Shown: one piece after another, positions 55,236 through 64,000 of the stretch | Position numbering within the stretch: position 1 is the first letter of the stretch | How the letters are laid out: the number at the start of each line of letters is the position of its first letter | Source: Octopus vulgaris | Taxonomy: Eukaryota | Direction of reading: 5' to 3' | NCBI GenBank assembly: GCA_951406725.2 | Contig: OX597832.1 | Location: 20,646,001-20,710,000 of the forward strand | Length of the DNA stretch: 64,000 nt | Made by a program: the position numbers and the translations under genes | Notes under the pieces: generated by a model | The model's input: only the letters and a program-made list of their open reading frames with translations | The model's database searches: none | What the model was told of the DNA's origin: nothing

Positions 55236-57103
55236 CCACCATCACCATCATCATCATCATCATCAACATCACCATCATCACCAACATCACCATCATCATT
55301 ATCATCATCATCAACATCATCATTATAGTCATTATTCTTTAATTTTATTTTTCATTTTTAATATTTTTTCTAATTTTTGTTATCTTGTCATTATTAGCAT
55401 CATTTCCTTTCACCTATATGACATTTTTATTGCGATTATTACTATTTTTATTATAATAATATCGATTATTATTATTATTATTTCAGGTTATCATTAATAT
55501 TAAAATGATTAACATTCTATGATATTAATAGTATTCATTTTCTTTTTAGCCTTCTACTTCTTATAAGTAACAGTCATATTTTGTTTTTCACTTTTTTTCT
55601 GTTTTAATTTATTCTTAAATATGAAATGCAGGAACAAAAAAAAATATATATATATCATACCATGCCAAAAAAAAAAAAAACGTATTTTTCTAATGTAAAA
55701 TTTTGCACGTTATATTTTAAACAGAAATTAATTTTATCAAGAAACAATAGCGAACAAAATCTATAAATAAATAACAAATATATGATTAATAAATTATAAC
55801 TTAGTACATAAAATAAACATAATAATAAAATATATTATAATTCATCTGATTTTAAATATATAATTTTTCCTTGAAATTTTTATATAATTTTCTTTGAAAA
55901 ATATTCCATTTTCTCAATATATTTCACTAATATATTTCCTTCTTAATTCCTCGCTCTCTTTGGGTTTGCACGAAAAAATATAGTGTTCTTTGTTTCTTTG
56001 GAGTTTTTTGTTGTTTTTTTTTCTCATTTACCTCATGTATATTTACTTTAATTTAATTTATTTCCAGAATTTTTTTTCGTTTTATCTTATTTTCTAGTGT
56101 TGCTTAGTTTATTAAATTTTCTGCAGGTTAATAAGGGCTATTTTGTTGTACTTTTTATTTTGTCTTGTAATGTGGTTGTATATCGATCTCTCTCATTTGT
56201 TGTCGTTTGTTGCTGTTGTTATTGTTACCGTTGTTGTTGTTGTCCATCATATATAAATCATCTGGGAACACAAAACAAACCCAAGCAAAAAACAATGACA
56301 ACAAACTATAGAGAAGAAAAAAAAACAGAAATAAAATATTGAAGGCGAAAGAGATATTTAGTAATAACAATACATAACACAGCAATTGAATGAGTGAACA
56401 TGCAAAACAGCATTTTTGTGAACCAAGCAAAATGATTTGAAAAGACAAAAAAAAAAACGCATTTTTATAACACAATATACAATATAAAAATAAAGATAAT
56501 CTTTAAGAAGAAATACATAAATAGCGGTGAAAATATGCAAATTAATATGAGACAATCTGGCTAGGGAGTGGGTAATAAGATGGGATAATTTCATACTAAG
56601 ATTTTCTCTGATGAAAAGAAAAACGAAATACATATTAAGGTATTTATTGAATGCTAATTCTTTTGTTTCCTAAATTTCTGCCTTCGTTTTATGTGAATCT
56701 GAGTATGTATATATTTGTGTGCGTTTGTGTGTTGCGTTTGTGTGTGTTTCTGTGAGCGTGTCTCATGCAGTTGAAGTTTTCGTGACACTATCATCGTATT
56801 CTTATGCTAAAACAAGTGTTTACTTTGAATCACAATAGCGTTGATGTTGTCGTTAATTTCGGTAACGAATTTTAACAAAGAAACCGAAACTGTTGCATAA
56901 GCCGCCTTCGTAAGCTTGCTATATCGTCAAATTATGCAAACGCATACATTCATAATACAAAATCTCATTCTCGTTTTGTTTTTCGTTTTTTTTTTTTTCC
57001 TTTCTCCCTCTTTATCTACCTGCATGTGTGTATGCATACATATATTTATGAATCTCTTTATACAGACTCTCTGGCACGCATGCATAGAAGCGCGCGCATA
57101 TAC

Positions 57104-57171
<68 letters not shown>

Positions 57172-57420
57172 ATGTGTGTTTGTGTGAGCGCGTGTATATA
57201 TATATATATATATATAAATATGTATGTATGTATGTATGTTCGTATGTATGCACATTTATGTATATATATATATATATAGACATTTATAGATATATAGATA
57301 TGCATATATAGATAGATACATATATAGACACACGCACAAATACACACGCATATAAATATATATATATATGTATATATATATGTATGTATATATATATATA
57401 TATGTATGTATATATATATG

Positions 57421-57486
<66 letters not shown>

Positions 57487-58267
57487 CATATGTATTGCAT
57501 TCCTTTGCTTAATTAGTTTAATGCAAAAAAAAAAACAAAACAAAAAATTTTAATATAAAAAAAAAAAATTAGCCTTTATATTTTTTCAAAAAGCGTAAGT
57601 GTAAATAACGGAGTGTCCTGCTATAACAAAGAACATCCATTTTGCTTCCTTTCTTTCTTTCTTTCTTTCTTCATCTTTCTTCTTCTTTTTTTTCTCCCCC
57701 CCCCCCGTTATTAAAGCGTGTGAAGGGTAATTCACAGTTAGATATAATTATGATTAGCACAACAATATATGAATATTCATGTTTGTTTTATTCAATTGTG
57801 ACTAACTGAACATGTTTTCTTGTTTTTTTCTCTTTTTCTGCAATATATGTTTTATTTTATATGATCTCCTCCATTTATATTTTTTGGTATTTTTGTTTAT
57901 ATTTCCCCCTTTATATTTTTTTTTTTGTTTTTTTGGTTTTTTGCTTATCTTTAGTGTTATGGCAGTCTTTGTATTTGGCTGTGGCCATTATGGCTCTTGT
58001 CGTGCGTTGTGGTTCTTGGTGATGTTACTTGTTGTTATATATTGATATTGCTGTGTATGTATTGATTTTTGTATATAATAGAGCAAAAAGGTGATTGCCT
58101 TTTAAGTTCATATCAGGAATACTGATTTCTTAATAAGCTACAAGGGCAAGAATTTCGTTCTTATAAACGAAACGAAGATCTGAAGTAAGTTGTATGATTC
58201 GCAAGCTTTTTGTATTATGTTTTACTTTTATTTTTGGAGTCAAACGTGTACATGGTTGTTGCTGTCT

Positions 58268-58838
58268 CTTCTTCTTTTTCTTCTTCTTCTTCTTCTTCTT
58301 CTTCTTCTTCTTCTTCTTCTTCTTCTTCTTCTTCTTCTTCTTCTTCTTCTTCTTCTTCTTCTTCTTCTTCTTCTTCTTCTTCTTCTTCTTCTTCTTCTTC
58401 TTCTTCTTCTTCTCCTCCTTCTTCTTCTCCTCCTTCTTCTCCTCCTCCTCCTCCTCCTCCTCCTCCTCCTTATCTTCATTTTTCTTCTTCTTCTTCTTCT
58501 TCTTCTTCTTCTTCTTCTTCTTCTTCTTCTTCTTCTTCTCCTCCTTCTTCTCCTCCTCCTCCTTATCTTCATTTTTCTTCTTCATTCTTCCTCCTCTTCT
58601 TCTTCATTTTTCTTCTTCATTTTTCTTCTTCTTCTCCTCTTTCTTCTTCATTTTTCTCCTTCTCTTTCTTCTTCTTCTTCTTCTTCTTCTTCTTCTCCTT
58701 CTTCTTCTTCTTCTTCTTCTTCCAATCAGGACTCACGCTATTCTTCATTCTTCTTCTTCTTCTTCTTCTTCTTCTTCTTCTTCTTCTTCTTCTTCTTCTT
58801 CTTCTTCTTCTTCTTCTTCTTCTTCTTCTCCTTCTTCT
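58268..58838. repeat. (TTC)n/(TCC)n tract
   Basis: About 570 bp pyrimidine-rich triplet run; source of the poly-K/R/L/F/S ORFs. Confidence 0.97.
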
Positions 58839-59025
58839 AATCAGGACTCACGCCATTAGCCACAAAGAATAATCTATAATTCAAGCCTACTCTAAGTTAC
58901 AAAGAATGCGTGTGGCAACTTGAAGGTAGACTGGCAGTTGCACGGGCGCGAAAGCTATGTTGTTATCCTCATTCCGTAAACGGTGGCTTTTTAACGGTTG
59001 GAGAGCTGAACCATCCTGGGTTCAG

Positions 59026-59061
59026 ATAGATAATGTACGTTTTGAAACGTACATTATCTAT
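59026..59061. repeat. Perfect 17-bp inverted repeat with 2-nt spacer
   Basis: ATAGATAATGTACGTTT-TG-AAACGTACATTATCTAT. Confidence 0.95.
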
Positions 59062-60000
59062 TTCGAATCATGTTTGACTGCTGTTTCTAGTTTTACTAGT
59101 AAGTTCTTAGATACTCTCTAATTGAGACAACATATCCTGGTTTGCGATACAGCTGCTGGAATCACTTGGGTTAATCATTTATCTAAAGTACGGACAGCAG
59201 GGTAACATAAGATCCTATAGGCATAAAAATATGTAGACACAGGGACGGACTAACTTCCATGGATAGAATATTTGGGGATTTAATTACAAGCAAAAGGTGA
59301 TTCGGTGAGGCAGATTCCTTTGTGGAAGACATCAACTAAGCTGAGTAATATCCTGGAAATAATTCTTGCAACTACGAAATGGTTTATTTGCTGCTGTTGT
59401 GCACCGACTGTAATTCCGCATGTTTTTACTCAAAGCCCTTTAATACGAGAATATTCCATCTTGAGAGTGTCTAGAGATATTGTATTTTCAAGTATATTCT
59501 TCAATATTTTGCGTTTCGTTTGACAGAATTCGGCCCCAAATATATTTGGATGGAATATTTTTCTATATGCTCAGATGATCAAATTTGAGACTCGTTTATT
59601 TGATGGGGAAACATGTGAGGAAAAGGAAATTTATTGCTTTATCTGTGACATAAGCTGCATTATATGTGATTGCTTTACAAACATTGAGCCTCCAGTAGGC
59701 GACCAATCTCTACCATAAAATTGGGTTTATTGAAAATAAGTCATTGCACGAAACACTTCAACGGTTTCCCATGCACATATATACAGAATCGAATATACAC
59801 GCATGCGCAGAAACACACACAGACACACATATAGACTTACCTATGAGAAATAAAGTTGAAAAAGCTCAGACAATAAATTAGAATTAATTAGACTTTAATT
59901 GTATTTAAAAATACTGGAATACGCTTACCGGTTTCATATTAGATTTTCAAAAGTGTACAGTATATAGATTTGTTATAAAAATAGTTTGTTTTTATTTTTA

Positions 60001-60339
60001 GTAAACACACCCATACCGGTTCTCAAGAAGTAATGGGACAAACACAGACACAGAGACACACATACTTGTATATATACAAACACACTAACACACACACACA
60101 CACACACATATATATATGTATATATATAAGCACACACACGCACACGCAAACTCTCATATACACACATATATATGATGGGCTTCTTTCAGTTTCCGCCTAC
60201 CAAATGCGCTCAAAACACCTTGGTAACTCCTAGATTATAGTAAAAAAACACCTGCGTAGGATTCCACGCTGTGGGACTGAACACGTAGGCATGTGGTTGG
60301 GAAGCAAGTTTCTTACCACACAGCCACTCAGCTCTGCCT
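60001..60339 (-). mobile_element. SINE type A, diverged
   Basis: GGGCTTCTTTCAGTTTCCG...GTGGGACTGAAC...TTACCACACAGCCACTC. Confidence 0.75.
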
Positions 60340-60360
60340 CATTCTTTCTCTGCATGTAAA

Positions 60361-60553
60361 GTGGCGAGATGGCAGTATCGTTAGCATGCCGGGCGAAATA
60401 CTTGTCGGTATTTCGTCTGTCTTTGTGTTTTGAGTTCAAATTCCGCTGAGATCGATTTTGCTTTTCACCCCTTCGCAGTCAATAAATTAAGTACCTGTTC
60501 CGTACAGCGACCGATCTAATTGACTGGTCCCTTCTCCCAAAATTTCGGGCCTT
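60361..60553 (+). mobile_element. SINE type B monomer
   Basis: GGCGAGATGGCAGTATCGTTAGCATGCCGGGCGAAAT...GAGTTCAAATTCCGC...AATTAAGTACC. Confidence 0.8.
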
Positions 60554-60731
60554 TCTCTGTATGTGTGTTTGTATGTGTGTGTGTATGAGCATCTATGTAG
60601 ATATACTTCTATATGTGTGTGTGTGTACGTGTGCATTTTTGTGTGTATGAATATGTATGTAAATATCTATCTATGTGTGTGTGGGTGTATGTGTGTGGCT
60701 ATATATATATGAGCATCTATGTAGATATCCT

Positions 60732-60786
<55 letters not shown>

Positions 60787-61624
60787 TTGTGTGCAAGTGC
60801 ATTTTGTGTGTATGACTATCTATGTAGGTATCTATATATATTCGTGTGTGTATTTGTGTGCGTATAAGTATTTTTGTAGGCAGGCATCTATATGTGTGTG
60901 TGAGTGTGTGTACATGTATGAGTATGTATGTAGGTATCGATCAATATATACGTGTGTATGTATTTTTGTGCTTATGATAATCTATGTAGGTATACATCTA
61001 TATGTGTGTATGCGTGTTTGTGTATGTAGGTAGGTATCTATCTATATGTGTATGTGTGTGTATGAATAGATATCCAGCTATATGCGTGTGCACGTGTATG
61101 TATGCGTGAGTGTGTGTGTGCGTGTATGAGTATGTAGGTGTCTATCTATATGTGTATGTGTGTGTGTATGAATATCTATCGAGCTGTCCATCAATATATA
61201 CGTGCGTGTGTGTGTATGTATTTGTGTGCGAATGATCATGTAAATATGTATCCATCTACATGTGTGTGTGTGCATGTGTGCATGTGTGTGTGCATGTGCA
61301 TATGTGTGTATTTGTGTGTGTGTGTGTGTGTGTTTGCGTGAGCGGGTAAATACATAAAGATTCACCCAAATACGAACATGACTGCATGCTCAAAAAATGT
61401 TAGTGATGCACTCATGCAAAGAATGCACTCCAGTTGTTTCGTTGAAGACAGAAAGAAACCTTGTCGATGTTTCTACCTTCCTGCTTCAGAGACATCGTCG
61501 AAGCAGAGTGCAGTGTGCAGTGTGCAGTATGCACTGAGCCTGCAGCTGTAGAATCTATTCAAAAATACACGATAAATTTAAAAGAGTGTAAAGGAGTTGC
61601 TAGAATGAATAGGAGAGGGCAATG

Positions 61625-61667
61625 TCGTAGCAGCAGCAGCAGCAGCAGCGTTATTGTTCTTCTTATT

Positions 61668-61699
<32 letters not shown>

Positions 61700-61823
61700 C
61701 ATTAGAAGTAGTAGGAGGAGGAGTGAGAGGGGGAGGGGTAATGAGTGTTGTAGAATAGTAGTAGTAGTAGTAGTAGTAGCAGCAGCAGTGGTGGTGGTGA
61801 TGATGGTAACGGAAGTTATACTA

Positions 61824-61855
<32 letters not shown>

Positions 61856-61992
61856 ACAGTAGTAGTAGTAGCAGTAATAGTAGTAGCAGTAGTAGTAGTA
61901 CGAGAAGGAGGAGGAGTGTTGGTGGTGGTGGCGGTGGAATTTGTAGATGCAGTAGTAAGGGTGATGGTGATGGTGGTGGTGGTGGTGGTAGT

Positions 61993-62032
<40 letters not shown>

Positions 62033-62035
62033 GTT

Positions 62036-62086
<51 letters not shown>

Positions 62087-62489
62087 TTTGCGGTTGTTTT
62101 TGTTGTAGACAAACCAATAACAGCATGATGATGGTAACGATGAGTGCGAGGAAGAGGTGGAATCGAAGAGGACGAGGATAGGAAAAAGATGAGGAGGAAG
62201 AAATATTGTGGTAAGTCTGTTAATGACGATGATGATGATAATAATGACGATGATGATGATGATGATGAGAATGATGATGATGATGATGGTAAAGGTGGTG
62301 ATGCTGATGACTATAAAACAGAGGGAAAAACAACGATGGCGACGACGAACACGACGATGATGATGAAGAGGAGGAGGAGGAGGAGGAGAATGATGATGAT
62401 GATGATTTTGTTCATGTTAGTAATTGTGATAATGATAATGATGACATCGATGATAACTTTTAACGGTTAAGGTGAAAATGACAGGATGT

Positions 62490-62526
<37 letters not shown>

Positions 62527-62543
62527 AATGATGATAGTGTTGG

Positions 62544-62589
<46 letters not shown>

Positions 62590-62832
62590 AGTGGTGGTGA
62601 TGATGATGGTGGTGGTGCTGGTGATGGTGATGACGATGATGACGATGAGAAAGGACATAAATACTAGAACGGAATTGGGTTTTCCATCGCCTCAAACATG
62701 CCTGAGTGAAGATATTGAAAAACACGAAGATAAAGCCATAAAAAATTATAACAAGGATGGATGTGTACATAGACTTCCGGTTATAGCCTTCACCGTCACC
62801 ATCACTATCGTTATCATCATCACCATCACCAC

Positions 62833-62868
<36 letters not shown>

Positions 62869-63004
62869 TTTAATCATCGTCGTCGAAGTTGTTGTCTTCG
62901 TTGTCGCCTGGGTCGTGAACGCGATAGTCGCCGTCGTTGTCATCGTCATCAAATTCATCTTCAATTATGTCAAACCCATTCAAATCTTTCAACTGTTTTT
63001 CACT

Positions 63005-63048
<44 letters not shown>

Positions 63049-63080
63049 AATCATCATCATCAACTTCATCATCATTATTC
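61625..63080. repeat. Compound triplet microsatellite region (GTA, GGT, TTA, GAT, CAT)
   Basis: Consecutive triplet runs; source of the poly-T/V/M/H/I ORFs. Confidence 0.9.
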
Positions 63081-63124
63081 TAATTCCAGTACTAATACTA
63101 TTGTCATTGTCAGAACTTAAAAAC

Positions 63125-63305
63125 GGACGAAATTCCGCGAAACTTTTCACCCGTCTTTATATACTTAGTTCAAATTCCACCTGGGTCAAATCTTTGCATT
63201 TTCACCATTTCGAAACCGTTAAATTAAGTACCAGTTAAACACTGGGATCGATTTAATCGAAATGCCCTCTACCTACGAAATTGCTAGCCTTGTGCCAAAA
63301 TTCTA
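63125..63305 (+). mobile_element. SINE type B, diverged
   Basis: AGTTCAAATTCC...AAATTAAGTACCAGTT...GCCTTGTGCC. Confidence 0.55.
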
Positions 63306-63566
63306 AAACAAAAGTATCATTATAGTTCTTATTTTTGTTGTTGTTTTCTCACCATCATCATTGCCATCGTTATCAATATCTGTTGTGTCCCCTACAGAAG
63401 TTTCATGAAATCGCTTTTCAACTCATTCGAACTTTCGAATCTGCAAGTGCATAAAAATGTGATTTATTTTGAATTTTATTTTCAAGGACGTCACTCTCGA
63501 AAATGTATTCAAAAGAAACCTACATTTGGATTTCAACAGAAATTTACATTCTTCTATGTCTAACCT

Positions 63567-63868
63567 GACGCTATAATGGTTAGAGCGTCGGACTCATAAT
63601 TATGGGGTAGTAAGTTCGAACACAGGACTGGGCTGTGTGTTTTGTTCTTGAGCAAGACACTTTATTTCACGTTGCTCCAGATCACTCAGCTGTAGAAATG
63701 AGCTGCGATGTCACAGGTGCCAAGCCGCATCGCCTGTTGTCTTTCTATTGGTCAACTTCGGTGGTGTGGAGACAGGAGGCTGGTATACATGGGCGAAACA
63801 CTTTTGCGGAACATTTGCCGTAGAGGGAAACTTTCTAGGTGCAATCCTATGGTCATTCATACCCTTTA
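63567..63868 (+). mobile_element. SINE type D
   Basis: TGGTTAGAGCGTCGGACTC...GTTCTTGAGCAAGACACTTTATTTCACGTTGCTCCAG...CTTTCTAGGTGCAATCC. Confidence 0.8.
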
Positions 63869-64000
63869 TATGTCGAACTATATGTTACGGGGTCGGCTTA
63901 CTGGTATATTTACTGAGGTTTCTAGAATTTTCATTGCATCAGTGTTGTAGAGCATATAGTTACATATGCGTCCCATTCAATATAGAATAAGCTAGCGAAA

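Noticed and set aside
56608-56640. CTGATGA...CGAAA (also 17678-17700 and 4011-4017 minus)
   Set aside because: No pairing for stems I and II; expected by chance in AT-rich DNA.

Overview
AT-rich, repeat-saturated eukaryotic non-coding DNA (intergenic or a very large intron). The SINE families and the extreme (TA)n/(CA)n/(GATA)n/(TAA)n/(TTC)n load look like an Octopus (coleoid cephalopod) genome; this is pattern recognition, not a database result. No intact host gene is supported, and almost all ORFs in the track are microsatellite translations. Recognisable content: about 30 copies or fragments of at least four tRNA-derived SINE types; decayed DNA transposons (a DD37D/maT transposase, a mariner transposase, mariner, pogo-like and unclassified MITEs); LINE remnants (two CR1-like, one Tx1/L1-like, one R4/Dong-like endonuclease fragment next to a (TAA)n tract); a ~1 kb tandem duplication; and an inverted duplication. 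The most interesting signal is a set of short elements, mostly bounded by (TA)n, carrying type I hammerhead ribozyme (HHR) folds. The best are a complete fold at 24298-24400 (-), two intact-core copies in the tandem duplication (43855-43899 and 44831-44875, -), and a variant in a ~130-bp palindrome (21961-22092). Several decayed copies also occur. This resembles Penelope-like pLTR or retrozyme-type non-autonomous elements. All folds were built by eye and none is shown to cleave.
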